A program made the position numbers and the translations under genes. 64,000 nucleotides of DNA from Mytilus trossulus. Its lineage: Eukaryota. Each line of letters opens with the position of its first letter. Positions within the stretch are counted from its first letter, which is position 1. Positions 25,058 through 39,530 of this stretch are shown here, piece after piece. The notes beneath the pieces are model-generated. The model searched no databases. It had not been told where the DNA came from and was given only the letters and a program-made list of their open reading frames with translations. The stretch is taken from assembly GCF_036588685.1 (NCBI RefSeq), contig NC_086386.1:32798001-32862000 (forward strand), read 5' to 3'.

Positions 25058-26257
25058 TTCGTTTTTAATTCTTTACTTTATAGCGTCTAATATTTAATGA
25101 AAATACTGCTTAATAGTCAGTCGAGAATAAAGAAATGTAAAATTTCTCGGAGGCTGATGATATCGATATTAGGTATTTCATTTTCAAGCAAAATTACATC
25201 TGATTAATAAATCATATTTCCAAACACTAAATTATAAATCAATTTATATCCAATGAATTAACCGTAAGACGTCATAATCAGTATGAGAAAAAACATGACC
25301 ATGCACAGTGCCAAAAATATTAGTATCGATAGGTTTAGGTTTGGTAAGGCTCACGCACATATATGTTGACTATTAGGCAGGCGATGTTCTCAGTTACATC
25401 GATCTAGACGTTGTTAAGCTTTTTAAAGAGACAACGATTATACTTTTGTACTCCAGTAGCGCGAAAGTTGGAAGGCCAAATCGAAACGAAGTTGAAGAGC
25501 TTTACACAACGAAAATTTCGAAAAATCGTGCAAAATACGGCTAAGGCAATCTATACTATGGGTGGTAAAACCTCAATATTTTAATATACAGTTAATAAAT
25601 GCCATCTTATGTTTATGAAATGTCTACTGGTATTGTGACATTCCCAGACCAGAAGGGGAATCGACCAAGTGGTTGTAAAAATTCATCAAATACAACTGTC
25701 TAAGAACTTTCTATTGGGTATGCAACATGTGAAAATATAATAAAGGACATCGCTAAAGTTCTAATACAATTGAATTATTTGTAAAGGACTAAATGTATGT
25801 TGATATCAGACAACGGGAAGGAATTTCCAATTAAGAACATTGGAGATATGTTATAGAGTCGCAAACTGTGTAATATATGTCACTTTTATGTGATTTTAAA
25901 TCTAAATTCGGTTGAATTACTTAAGAGATGGTTTGCTTTCCTGTTTCTATATTTGAAATCTTTGTAGTTGAGAACTGTTGAAAATACGAAATGATCTGCA
26001 CTGCCTAGTCGTCCATAAAGCACCTAAATTTTGAATTGTTATGTGGGCTCATGTTGCTAAAAAATTAGGCATGTAATATAGGCTATATACGACGGAAATT
26101 GTCAAAATTATACATTATAGCAATGTTTTGAGAAGACGTAACGTGCTTCTATCGTACTCAATTTTAATCCTGGTCTCTATGATGAGTTTATTGACAAGAG
26201 CAGCAACGAGGGCCATACCGAAATATTCAATCATCGGCTCAAATATTTCTTCATACT
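25058..26257 (+). repeat. Long direct repeat, copy 2 (paralogous to 6973-8108)
   Basis: Colinear with 6973-8108, as described for copy 1. Confidence 0.9.
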
Positions 26258-26999
26258 AGAGATAGGACTGTTTACGCTCGTGCTCATATTTTCAACTGAA
26301 AAATATATGAATTCAATAACACAATTCTGTCAATATATAAAAAAAGAAAATGTGGTATCACTGCAAATGATACAACTTTCCATCGTAGGACACATGATGT
26401 AGAAGTTAGCAACTATGTGTCAGCGTACGGCCTTCTGAAAAGTTCATTTAAAACGTAAACTAAGTAGCCCATTTATAAAATTATTCGTGTACAAGTCAAA
26501 ATAACACACGAATCAGGCAATGCGTAAAGCTATCCAAAAATTAAACTTTCCAGTTTTAAAAATGAATCATTGTTTAGTTGAAGAATAACATATTGTGCTC
26601 ATTGACGTCAAAATGGTATGTTTATATAACGCCCACACTTTACGTCTAACCGTTGTTGGGTTGCTATTGACCTATATATGATCTTGTTGGTATGTTGAAA
26701 ACAGGTATTTACAAAAATACACGAAGTTCCTGGAGATATTTGTATAATAGTACTTTTGAACAAATTTCTTCTTTTCCATGCTTAAAATAGAGTTAAAACG
26801 GCCACATGTGTTGATACTAGTAATTTTCTATGTAGTCTTTTTATTTAAAAAAACCCAGTTGTTGGCATGACACGGGTTATGTTCTTCTCATATATTTTAT
26901 GATGGTATGATACTTAACCCCTAACGGGAGGGTTTGTGTCTGATATTCATATGATAAAGACATAATATTTCAATCAGTTTTATTTATGTATTATTGTCA

Positions 27000-27860
27000 T
27001 GATGTTTCTTTGGTTGCATCTTCTGACATCATACCCGGACTTCTCCTTTCCTGAATTTTAATCCGCGTATTATAATACGTTTACTTTTCTACATTTGCTA
27101 GAGGTATAGGGGAAAGTTGAGATCCCATAAACATGAATAACCACGTCGCATTTTTGCGCCTGTCCCAAGTCAGGAGCCTCTGGTCTATGTTAGTCATGTA
27201 TTATTTTTAATTTGAGTTTCTTGTGTACAATTTGGAGTTTAGTATGGTGTTCATTCTCACTGAACTAGTATATATTTTTGTTAAGGGCCCTTCTGAAGGA
27301 CGTCTCCGGATGCTGGAGTTTCTCGCTGAATTGAAGACCTGTTGGTGCCTTCTGCTGTTTTCTGTTCCAAGCATGGTTGGGTTGTTGGCTCTTTGACACA
27401 TTCCCCATTTACATTCTCAATTTTATTTTGATGTACGTAAAACTCAACAAGTAGATGTTTTGAAATTATTTGGTACCACTTATCCCCACTGATTAATTGA
27501 TTATGTTGCCTTCTCTAAAAGAAAATGCGTCAACGTGTGAAATTTTATTCATTTTTTAAAACCCGTTGCTGCTAGGCAACCAACTGTTAAAAGGAACATA
27601 ACACGGTCATAAATTTAAAAATAAAATCGAAAATGGAAATGGAGAATGTGTCAAAGAGACAACAACCCGACCATAGAAAAACAACAGCAGAAGGTCACCA
27701 ACAGGTCTTCAATGTAGCGAAAAATTCCCCCACTTACAGGCGTCCTTCAGTTGGCCCCGAAACAAATATATACTAGTTCAGTAATAATGAACGCCATACT
27801 CATTTCCAAATTGTACACAAGAAACCAAAATTAAAATAATACAAGACTAACAAACGCCAA
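27000..27860. repeat. Two inverted copies of dispersed repeat family C (GAATGTGTCAAAGAGACAACAACCCGACC...)
   Basis: Minus copy at about 27000-27425 and plus copy at about 27620-27860. Further copies at about 175-240(-), 48262-48655, 57553-57685, 59880-59970. Confidence 0.8.
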
Positions 27861-29291
27861 AATATGCATTTTTAAATGACCTGACAACAGTATTGTAACT
27901 ATATCTCTTCTTAATAAGTTTATTTAAAGGTTTTGTTAGTTTCTTAGGTGAATACTGAAAGTTTGTATATGTACTTATGATAGTACGCATATTTAAAATA
28001 AAATGTGGCTAAAATATTGCCTTTTTCTTATATTGTCCTTTCAAACGTAGACACAATAAGGCCTACCTGGTTACATCGATTGTTATGATGGATTTACAAA
28101 TTTGGTATAAGAAATGTATAACAAACACATTATGCGCCATCATTTTGATTGATTCGTTTATTGACTATATTCAATGTTAGCTTTAAATTCACGCATAACG
28201 ATTTCTTTAATTTGAATTTAATTATAGTGGCAAATACATTTATGCATATTTAATTGCTAATATTTCCCAGATGAATGGTAACAAATAAACTTTGACAATT
28301 TTTAAATTAACCATTTTTTCTTTAAATGTTGGACGTGTTACACAATGAAACATTATGCTTACATTTAATATTGGAGTACAACATGCATTTGCATCGACAA
28401 GTTATGAAGATAATTAAAATGAAACTAGATAGTAACTGTTCATTTACATGATCATAAACATAAGCATACACGCGTGTATGTACATTTAATGATTCATTCA
28501 AATAATTACAATATCTCTTTGTTAAAATAATACATTGTAATTTGATTATAAATTTTAAACACATCTTTTCGAATTAAATCTGGTAAATTTTGCCAATAGT
28601 GTATAGTTGCAATCAAATGACATGCTCTAATAATCAAGTTTATAGATAAAAGAATACCATGTTAAGCATTTTATGAAAGATGATATTTATAATTGATCAA
28701 TTTTCTATTCTAGACGATGTACTTACTATAGGATAAGGTCAATAAGGAAAATTCCAATTATTTGTTATATGACAAGCCTAATATTCCATAACAGAAAGTT
28801 TCACCGGTGGTAAACATTATATAGTAAATCTGGACCTCAATTCTGATCCTCGACTAATGGTGATTTTTTTCTCGTTTATGCCGTAATGTGCTTCTATTCC
28901 GCTCCTGGTCTCATGATTCAATTAATTAGTTCTAGCAATCATCATGATTATGTCGTGTTTCACATCATAATTATAATGCCTTGAAGTCACAATTTTGAAT
29001 GTTTTGTATTGTTTACATGTTAAAGTATTGCCATTGTATGTCATGTTTTAAGTTTTTGTATGATTTCTTCTTTGTTTCGAACATAGCATTTAACACAAAA
29101 ATTCACAATACAATGTAATAATGCACGGTGTACATAAAGTTTTGAGGTTAAGTATCGATTGTGTAATGTATATAACTTGACAATGCATCTTATCTTGTTG
29201 TGTAGATAAACTTTATACCGGATTTTATTTTCCTATCGTCATTATTCTTCCTGTTGCACACTGATTTCTGCATTTATTCAGGGTGAACACG

Positions 29292-32200
29292 ATGGATACA
29301 AAGTTGTATTTTATTTGTACATTGCTTTTTGCATGCTGCAGTTTGAATGGTAAGAACAACTTGTCATTTTAATTTGAAATGAAATTCTCCTTGAATTTTC
29401 AAGCGTGCACAAGTTTGTGACGGAGAAAACAACGCATAGCAAATGATTTATTTGAGCATTAACAACGAACAGTTAAGTTTATAGTGTTACAACTGTGTTA
29501 TCTTTAACTGCATACCACAAATATTTCCGTAATTTCTTGTTTCCTTCTGATATTTTCTTCAAGTTTTAGAAATATTTTTACGGACTATATCACGTCATGA
29601 AAATAAGCGATTTGAAGGAGAAGTCATAAGAATAGACTTTAAGTTTACTCCTGCCTCTTAAAATTTTAATTGCGAAAAAATAATGCAATAGTTACAAATG
29701 TACCAAAATTATAATTTAGTACACCAGACGCGCCTTTCATCTACATAAGGCTCATCAGTGACGCTCATATTAAAATATTTATGAAGTCAAACAAGCAATT
29801 TAAAAAAATCTAGTTTACTTATGGTTTTATGAACGAAATGCATGAAGATATTTTTCTTTAAAAACAATTCAATTTGACATAAAGATGGCTCCCTATCTCA
29901 AAATCTTCTGTGATGGATTTACTTTATTTGTAAATATTTACTTAAAAAAAACAAATATAAATAACAAAAGAACTAAAACTCCCAAAAAAATTCAAATCGG
30001 AAAGTTCTTCACCGAATTGTAAAATCAAAAGCTGAAACACATCAAGCAATGTCAAATAGTTATCAAAGATACCAGGATTATAGTTTAATACGTCAGACGC
30101 GCGTTTCGTCTACATAAGACTCTTCAAACAACTATCATATACCTGACTTGGCACTTGTATTTCCTTGTTCGAGTTAATTTCATTTTTGTGTCGTGAATAA
30201 TAGCCCAAAATAGAATGTGGAATGTAAAAAATCAACATGTTTAATATTGAGTAAATTATGAATCTTATATTAAAGGTACGTGTATTGAATTCTTTTAAAA
30301 ATCTGGAATGTCAACAAACTAAAAAAACGTGTTCATGAGGTCCGAAATATTTTATATGTAAATACATGATGCATAGATAAACAGAGAGAAAGACAACTAT
30401 GTGATATGCTGGTCTTCATCTTTCTAGCTATCATTTTGTTGTTTGAATGCTGTATCATTGAAATGTACATCAAAAATTACTATGGTCATACAAAATAGGA
30501 AAATAAGATACGTAATCCAATATAAACATAAGAAGATGTTGAATGATTTCAGGGTTCAACCCACCATTTTCCTTTAAAATGTCCTTTACCAAGTCAGGAA
30601 TATGGCCATTGTTATATTATAGTTTGTTTCTGTGTGTATTACATTTTAACGTTGTGTCGTTTGTTTCCTCTTATTTTTTTAGTGTGAATTCACATTACTA
30701 TAAGACGTGTCACGGTACTTATCTATCCCAAATCCCAAATTTATGTATTTGGTTTTGATGTTATATTTGTTATTCTAATAAGATTTTGTTTAATGCTTAA
30801 GACCAAAGACTGTGAAAGTATGTCTCTTTTGAGTCAAATCAGCGTATAATTTATACTTATTATTAGAGGAGATATTTGTCATAACGGTATATAGCGGGTA
30901 CATTCAAGATGCGCGCACCATATTAAAATTACAAATATATTAGAACATCTATGTACTTTTAAAACTAGCGTAGCGCGATTAAGCCACTATTGAAAGGTCT
31001 TGAAGTGCATCAATGTAAATATAACGGAATTTGACGAGACTGTCATCAAAGTGAGAGGGTTAGCGCTATAAAAGCAAGTTTAATCCACCATTTTCTACAT
31101 TTGAAAATGCCTGTACCAAGTCAGGAATATGACAGTTCTTGTCCATTCGTTTTTGATGCGTTTTTTTATTTGATTTTGCCATGTGATTATGGACTTTCCG
31201 AAATTGATTTTCCTCTAAGTTCAGTATTTTTGTGATTTTACTTTTTAGTCCGTTTCTGTGTGTGTTCCATTTTAATGTTGTGTCGTTGTTCTCCCCTTAT
31301 ATTTAATGCGTTTCCCTCGGTTCTGTTTTTTTTGTGTCCATGGATTTATGAGTTTTGAACAGCGGTATACTACTGTTGCCTTTATTTATTTATAAGATAC
31401 AACTCCCTACAAGAGACAAAACATTTACAAAAAGTAATATGTATACAGCTCTCTAACAAGCAATAAACACTAACTATGAAATATAAGTGGCAAACACTAC
31501 AGACACGGGTGTATATTTTACTGCATTCAAGTATACAAACTCAAATCATTGTAATAGACAACTTTCGAGTTTGATGCATTTCCGTCCAAAAAATTGGTTT
31601 TAGTGAACATCACTCTTGCGTTTAGGGACATCGTTCCCATGTTGAGCGAGTGGTTGGAAAACTATAATGCTATATTGCTCAAATTATTTGACAAATTTAA
31701 TTTCATAATTGACAATCGGCACAGTTTTCATTATGGAATTGTGATTTAGTAACTAGTACAGAACAAACTTTATTTCTTATTTGTCTTAAAATAAAATCAA
31801 CGGTACAGAACAATGACGATAAATAAGACGCGCATTTAAGATGCACGCACCATATTAAAGTTTTCTCCGATTACAGATTTTTTAGAACATCTGTGTACTT
31901 TTAAAACTAGCGTAGCGCGATTAAGCCACTATTGAAAGGTCTTGAAGCAAATCATTGCAAGGTATTAAGACCTTGATGATAAATATTTCATTATATCAAC
32001 TTCACAAATAATACACGATGGTCTTGAAGTATAGGTTCTGCGTATTGACATTAATTATCGTCTTAATAAGGTGTTACACTATTCTTGTACTTGTCTTTAT
32101 TAATATTACTGTAACTGATAAGTCTGTGTTTGTGTTATTCATTTGACGGGACTCTGTACTTATGCATCTCGTCGTACATTGAACCACCACTTTTTTTTTT

Positions 32201-35200
32201 ACCTATTGGACATTAATCGCGCGATTCTACGCCAAAGTTAATGTTAATCTAACCATGTGTCTGTCAGGGTAAAGATTCGGTCCTAGTACTAAAAATAGTT
32301 CAATCCTTTATGGGTGGATCTAACATATATAAAAAAGCAAAATGAGGTTGTTAAACTTGGTGTATGCCGTTTTGTGCTTCTTTGAAACATTTTTTTTTAT
32401 AGTAATTTAGATGATAACACAAGGATGGCTGTTGAACCCCTATTTTTAACATGTGTCTGATTGTTTTGTTCAAACATCGTTGCTATTGTAATGCGACTGT
32501 CATATTAGTGAGAGGTTTAGCTAGCTATAATACCAGGTTCAATCCACCATTTCCTACATAAACAAATGCCGTTACAAAGTAAATTTTCATCGGAAATTAT
32601 ATCAGTATTTGGGGATTTTACGTTTTCTTTTTGAAGTAATGGCATTGTGAAAAATGTTCTAGGCATTGGCGATAACAAAAAAATAATTTGAAAATTATTG
32701 CCCCCTCCAAAAAAAACCCCATATACATATAGAGATAAGTATACAAATTGATAAAATTAAAAGTGAGAGGTTAAGAAAAATCAGATCAGTGCAGAATATG
32801 GTATTATACTCTTAAAACCCCCTCACTTTCAAATGAAACATATAATTTTTGGGGTTTAACTAAACTTTCATAAAATAGATATTTATAGCTGATTTATTTG
32901 TTTGAATCAATGTGAATTGTTGTGTTTGTTTTAGTGTCTGTAGGGATCAAAGGTCAATTTAACAGTTTAAGGGATGATATTGTAATAGAAAAAAGTCTGT
33001 ATCTTAATCGTCGAATGGGTACTAGTTTTAAGTTCTATCATCATGTCAGAAACTGAGTTGGTGTTGTTGAGGCTCTAGGATCTAAAGCGGGCTGACATTC
33101 AAATGTCAAGTTTTTTCAGTTTGTTGATTTTCATGTGAAAATCCCACATACATTATTATAATTTTTTAAGGGTTTGAATAGAGGTTTGAATGTGTAGACC
33201 TTGGCTTGTGTTGAATATATGTGAAGGTTTTACTTTTGAGGTAGACAAGATTATTCTACTGTATAGTCAGCCTAAATATTTTGTATTTTAACTTTTTCAA
33301 TATTGTGTGATTGTACAATTTGTAAGTAAGGTCAAAATGTTTTCGTATTAGTGTTATTTCCGTATACTAGCCCTTGCCGGGCGCATCAAAACAAGACTAG
33401 AATACAAATCATTCTTTGACATTCGTATCGTATAGATCTCATCATTGGTGATCACAAAAGAAAAGTAAACAGATTTTTGGAATGATGTAAACGAACAAAG
33501 AAGTCATACTGCTTAGAGTTTTTCAAGCATTCTTCTTTTTTATCCTTTTATTTCTAATTATTGTTGACAAAAAATATATACAAAAATTTATTTTCAAGTA
33601 TTATAGAATTGTCATAAATACAAGTCTGATCAGAATGAATCGATCATTTTATTTACTGTAATATTCATGTTGTTATGCACTGTGAAGATATAAGGTTTAA
33701 ATTATTAAACATCTCTTTGTGTTGTTTAAAATATCTACCTTGCATATATATAACATTACCTTCCTTTGATATTTAAATCAATCCTGACCTAGATTTAATT
33801 TTCCAAAAGTTAGTTTTCTTTCTGAAGACTTCCGTATTCGTTTTAAACGAAAACAATGGATTCAAAGTTATATTGCAGTTTGATAGTGATAAGTGCATAC
33901 TTTAGTTTGTATGGTGAGTAAAATTGTTTGTTAAAATCTATAAAATCTTGTTTTTTGTGGTTTGTTTTGTCTATTGAATGACGCGTTAAGTCGGCAATTT
34001 CTGAAATTAATGCAGGGTCAAATCCATATTTTCTAAAACGTACAAAACTAGTTCATTAATAGTTTGTCAGAGACTGAAGATGTCATTTGAATAACGAGGG
34101 TTAATAATTAGTGAAAAATTGAACTGTTGAAATTAAATTAAATTACTTATCTTTTCACTAACTAGCACTATGAGTGTCATGGAATTATACTAGCATGTTC
34201 CTATCAAAGGTTTCTGCAATATGAATTATATTAAAGACATTATCGCAGAACAAACCTTTTTTTTTACATAAATAAGTCCGTTAGTTTTCTCGTTCGAATT
34301 GTTTTACATTGTCTTATTGGGGCCTTGTATAGCTGACTATATGAGGTATGGGCTTTGCTTATTGTTGAAGGTCGTACGGTGACCTATAATTGTTAATGTT
34401 TGTGTCATTTTGGTCTTTTGTGAATAATTGTCTCATTGGCAATCATACCACATCTTCTTTTTTATACACCCATAGTTAAGAACAAACTTATAAGCATTAT
34501 TCACAAAATGATACGAGATACTTTCACCCGAATTTTGCAACGCACGAAGTACGAATGTTGATCAAGTAACCGAATAGACAAGGAATTTGTGATCAGCTTT
34601 TACACTTTGAAAATGCTTGTTATTGGTTCTGAACTCACTGCTTGCTGCTTATACTCTAGTAGTTTTATTTTTGTTTTGAAATAATAGACGATCACCTCCA
34701 TCAACAAGAAGTACTAACAGTTAGATGGAGGTGATCATCAGCTTACACAGTTTTGCATTTTTTGAAGTTTCGATAGGCAGCAACGTCTGTATATCATGTT
34801 GTTTTGTTTTGTGTCCAGGATTTGGAATATTAATCAATAGTTTTAAATTGTCCTGCATAACTGAGATAATTTTAAAACATCTGCTTTGTACATTACCGTT
34901 CAAAGCCAACGACAACTTAAAAATAATTAAAAAAAATCATGATTCTATTCTAAATAAGGCAACAGTGGTATACCGCTGTTCAAAATACATAAATCAAAAG
35001 AGAAAAAAACAAATTCGGGTTACAAATAAAAACCGAGGGAAAAGTATCAAATATAAGAGAACTACGACACAACACTGAAACGTAACATACACAGAAACAA
35101 ACTATAATGTAACAATGTCCATTATTCTGACTTGGTACAGAGCATTGTATGAAAAATGGTAGTTGAGGCTGGTTTTGTTGCATGCCAAACCTCCCTCTTT

Positions 35201-38200
35201 AATGACAGTGTTAATTATAACATTAAAATGGCAACATTACACGACAAAAACATCATTATTATCAAGAATAATACATAGTTTTGCAAACAGTAAATTTTAT
35301 AAAATGACTATATAATAGATATACATGATTAAAATAAAGTGGTGACTAGCTATTGAATAAAACGAATACATTACAAAATCACAGCCCTGTTAGTCATAGT
35401 CAATGCAAAGTGACGTCACATTTAAATTTATAAAACGTGTTCCGAAAATTAAGAAAGGATTTGGATGAAATTCAAGACAAGATTTGTATGACTTATCTAA
35501 CTTAGATTAATAACAGAGAAAATTATAATACTAATTAATATTAAATTGTAGTAGTAATTAGATAATTAATTGTATTATCTAGCTTTGTTGGTGTTTCTTC
35601 TGGTCAAAAGTTAAATCAACCAAATGAGCGGGATGAGTAGTTATCCCCAACTCAACACATAAAACAACAGACAAAAATACGATTTACAACTACAAACGTT
35701 GAAACATTTGACAAAATCCGATGTCAACAACAACTTCTTAGAATAGTTTTTTTGTCAAATGATTCAATAAGATAGATCATGTCATAAGCTGGATGTCAAT
35801 AAGATAGAAAAGGACAAAAGTTTACAGCTTATATTTTTGCAAATCATGATCTGATAGGTTCAAAAAAGATTGATTAATATATCCATTTCACTGTCATAAC
35901 AATATAAGGGTTGTTTTGTTTTGTATCCCCTTTGAGGTGTCGTAAGAAACAAATATCTAACCACTGCAATAAAGTTTTACTGGTCAATGAATTCAAATAA
36001 AGCAAAATTAAAATACCTTATTAGTACAGTGTTTCAGCCTAACTTATTACAATACACAAACTTTCGAAATTACAAAAACAAATGGTCACTGAATGTTTAT
36101 ACCACAACCGGACTATTTGCGCAGTCAAAACACTTGCTAGTTATATTACCTAGGACTATGCATAGTCTATTTAAACAACTGAACTTAGCATATTGTAAAA
36201 CCAGAGTGTGTCTATAGAACATGTTTGTCCTACTTGCACTAACATTATCTATGCTAAGTGGGCCGTGACATTGGGGTCAAAATTCTAATTTGTACTAAGT
36301 TTCAAGTTGATTGAACTACAACCTTATCATAAACTTTCTTGAACAAAAGCACATAACCTAAGCGGGACAGACGAGCGAATAAATACACAGACTGAAAAAA
36401 AACCCAGAATACTCTTTAAACTATCGTAGGTGTGGCCTCAAAATGGAATGTTTTCTCATTGGATCGGTTCGTAGGATATTAATATACAGGGAAAACGAAA
36501 AAGTATAGAATGATAATACCCTTTGAATGAAAGCACGGAGTTCCTTAAGTTTGACTGAAAAATGATGTCATAAAAGACAACAGTCAATGTTTGTCTTTTG
36601 GTTTATTTTTCTTTTTCATTCATGACGTTGTCAGTTATATTTGACTGATGAGAGTGAATCAACCTTAATTGTATTTCGCGTTTTCTTTTGCTGATGTTTA
36701 AATCTTGCAAAATCAATTTTAAAATAATTTATTTTTCAGTTAACCCTCACGCGAAGGGCTGGACACTTAACATCCTTTAAGAATAAATTGATGTATGCTA
36801 TGTGTCACGCCATAAACTGGATTTGTAATTGTAGAGTTTTTGAACGCTGCGATCTTAATTCTTTTTTATCTGATGATGGAGAACGATGAGACAAATCTAA
36901 ATCGAAGAATTATTATGGGCACCATTTATTGAAACATGATTGAAAACTTTAATACGCGTGTGTGTATTTTTATAATTTCAGTACCAAGTGTTGAAGCAGG
37001 AGAATGTTGCAATTCATACGATGATGTACTGTTCAATGAGCATCCAGCACAGTACTGCCCTGATTATTGTTGTGGTACCCGGCTGGCAAAGCTTTTCTGC
37101 TGTAGTAATGAAGCTTTACGAACAGGGGAAGATAACAGAGACGACTTCTGTATGGACTGGTTTGGAAATCACTTGTAAGTATTTACCATTATATTTTTAA
37201 GTTAGTTGACTATAATGTCACGAGGTACACGAAAAATGACGTAAAACTAAAATTGCACAACATAATTTGTTAGAAATTTTAACACTCTATTTCGAAACCG
37301 GTAATTAAAATTTTGGAATGTAAAATAAAAGTAATGTCTGTTGACATGAAAGGCCACAATACTTTAAGAATATTTTAAAAAAGAATTATTAAAGATGTTT
37401 ATTTTATCTTGATATTTTTAAACCAACACTGGCATATCAGTAAAGTGTAAAAAAAATTGTCTTTTGCAGCTACGTCCCAATTATTGTTGTTGTATTGATC
37501 ATTGCTTTAGTGACCTGTTGCTGTTGTGCATGCCGCAGACGTCGCCAAGGGGTTATAATCCAAACACAACAACCAGGTATTGTAATACTTTGAAAATTTA
37601 TAGTTAATGTTAATTCATATTCATTTATAGGATACACTTAATAAAAGGGATAAAAGTTAATTTTTGCTTCAGGAATTCTTCATGCAAAATTGATAAAACT
37701 TAAATTGCATTAAAAGAATTTGATTCGATATAATAAAGAATAACAATTTTCACTGCAAGTTTTAATTATCGAAGATACAGAAACAGAATAGAACATACTA
37801 GAAGTAATTGAGGCTTTCTGTTTGTTTCTTTGTCCGCAATCTTAAGTTTTGTTGTAACACACACAAAATAAATCCCCAAACTGTGTTCTTTTTAAATGTA
37901 AAAAAATACCGGCGCATGATTTGCCGGTATGCCAAACCTGCGTTTGTCGTCTTCATGAGAATCATTAGTGGCGCTCGATTCAACTTTAAATTCAGCTTAT
38001 TTTAGTGATACACGTACGTTATTGGATTATTAATAATTTTTTTACTTCTCGGGTCGATGAAGAGCTACAGATATTGACCAAATCCTTTTTATGTCGCTGA
38101 GTTGCTGTTTCATTGACATATACGAAAGGTTCAATTCATTTATATTTGAAAATTGATCCTGTATATTAAAACAAAAGTACCTTCATTATTTTACCATAAA

Positions 38201-38633
38201 TGAGACGAAAGGTACGAAAAGGATATTTATAACTAATAAGCCGAATGAAAACTGACAATATCATTGCAAAAAAAAGACAAAAACACAAACAACCGTACAA
38301 AAACAGTACATAGAAAAACTTAAAACGTGGTGGGATTTAGGATGGTGTAAATTCTAAATATTTGAAAGGGTAAACATATCCTGCTTCAAATGTGGCTCTA
38401 TGTCAAATTCATAGGAACGTCCTATGAGAAACATACGTTGTGACATCAGAAACCCAAGTAAAACCTTTGACCGAATATAGTATAACAGATCGTTTATTTT
38501 TATCAAAGGAATAAATACATGTAATGGAAACATGAAATAAGATATAAAATATGTTTATTTTTCAGCTACACTATTGATACACCAGCAACAAACCACTACA
38601 CAGGACCCATATCGTGCAGGATACAACCAGTAA
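29292..38633 (+). CDS. Shisa-like single-pass membrane protein, 141 aa; exons 29292-29349, 36982-37174, 37470-37576, 38566-38633
   Basis: GT..AG introns with phases 1,2,1. Signal peptide MDTKLYFICTLLFACCSLNVPSVEA; Cys-rich ectodomain ECCNSY..YCPDYCCGT..FCCS..FCMDWF; TM YVPIIVVVLIIALVT; juxtamembrane CCCCACRRRR; short Q/T/Y tail. Exon 1 is 7.6 kb upstream and is the least certain link. Confidence 0.82.
29721..29764 (-). ncRNA. Degenerate copy of the hammerhead ribozyme repeat (partial second copy at about 30088-30126)
   Basis: Reverse strand reads GCGTCACTGATGAGCCTTATGTAGATGAAAGGCGCGTCTGGTGT: core present, stems II and III weakened. Confidence 0.55.
30555..31385. repeat. Nested dispersed repeats (families D and E) in Shisa-like intron 1
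   Basis: Family D (AATAAAGGCAACAGTAGTATACCGCTGTTCAAA...) also at about 1-115, 34952-35250, 41695-41780, 51310-51530, 51797-52030. Family E (GTACCAAGTCAGGAATATGACAGTT..CCATTCGTT) also at about 610-790, 29960-30160, 32400-32630, 59130-59210. Confidence 0.7.
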
Positions 38634-39530
38634 TACATCAAAACCAAAACAGTGTCGTGCACTTTTTTTTTTTATATATTTTTTCTTTGCAACAGAAGCA
38701 AGCAGCATGCGTGCTGCTTCCGTCAACGCCGTCATTTTATAATTCATTAGCTTTCTAAAGTTTGTTATTAGTGAATTGTTTAAAGGTATGTAAGAATGGT
38801 AGGTCATAAGAATTTTGATGCATGTAAATAAGCATAAGAATATCTCATTTTGTCCCTTTTTCGAAGAAAATCCACGTGGTTCAAATAAGCCAGTTATTTA
38901 AGCATTGACACTTTTTTTTTTTATATAGAGATGTTTGACCTAATCCGCTAAATCATTATTCCATTGACATTTTTTTTTAGAGTTAAAGTATTTCATTTAA
39001 TTTGTTGCATTTGCATTGTACTATCGGAAAAACATGCAGGATAGACATATTTCTATGTCAATAGTTTATGTATAGAAATACCGTTTATAAAAATGGCTTA
39101 TGTGTAATACAGTGTTAAAAAGAAACTAACTGCTTGTTTAAGTATGTATTAATATATGTTTTTGTTTTAATTTTCACGTTTGCTTGCACCATGTTATCCC
39201 TTTTTTTAGTTTTAAACTCTGCTGTAGTATTTAAGTTCAAATTAAAGTTTTTTAATATAGCTTTTCGTTGGTTTTCATTATAATTTGAAATTGTGTTATA
39301 ACTTGTTGTTTTGTATACTTGTGTATATGCCAATTATGAAATTAACATCTACAAAAAAATTGAAGGTCTGAGTTATAAGCATCATTCACATATATATGTA
39401 ATATTTTAATGTTGCAAAACACTTTTCCTACCTCCATGTCAAATATGTTGTTGTTTCCGCAGATTAAGCCGTAAACACCATCGTTTATGTGTGTACAACT
39501 CATTACATACACTGCTTGATAAATAAATTC

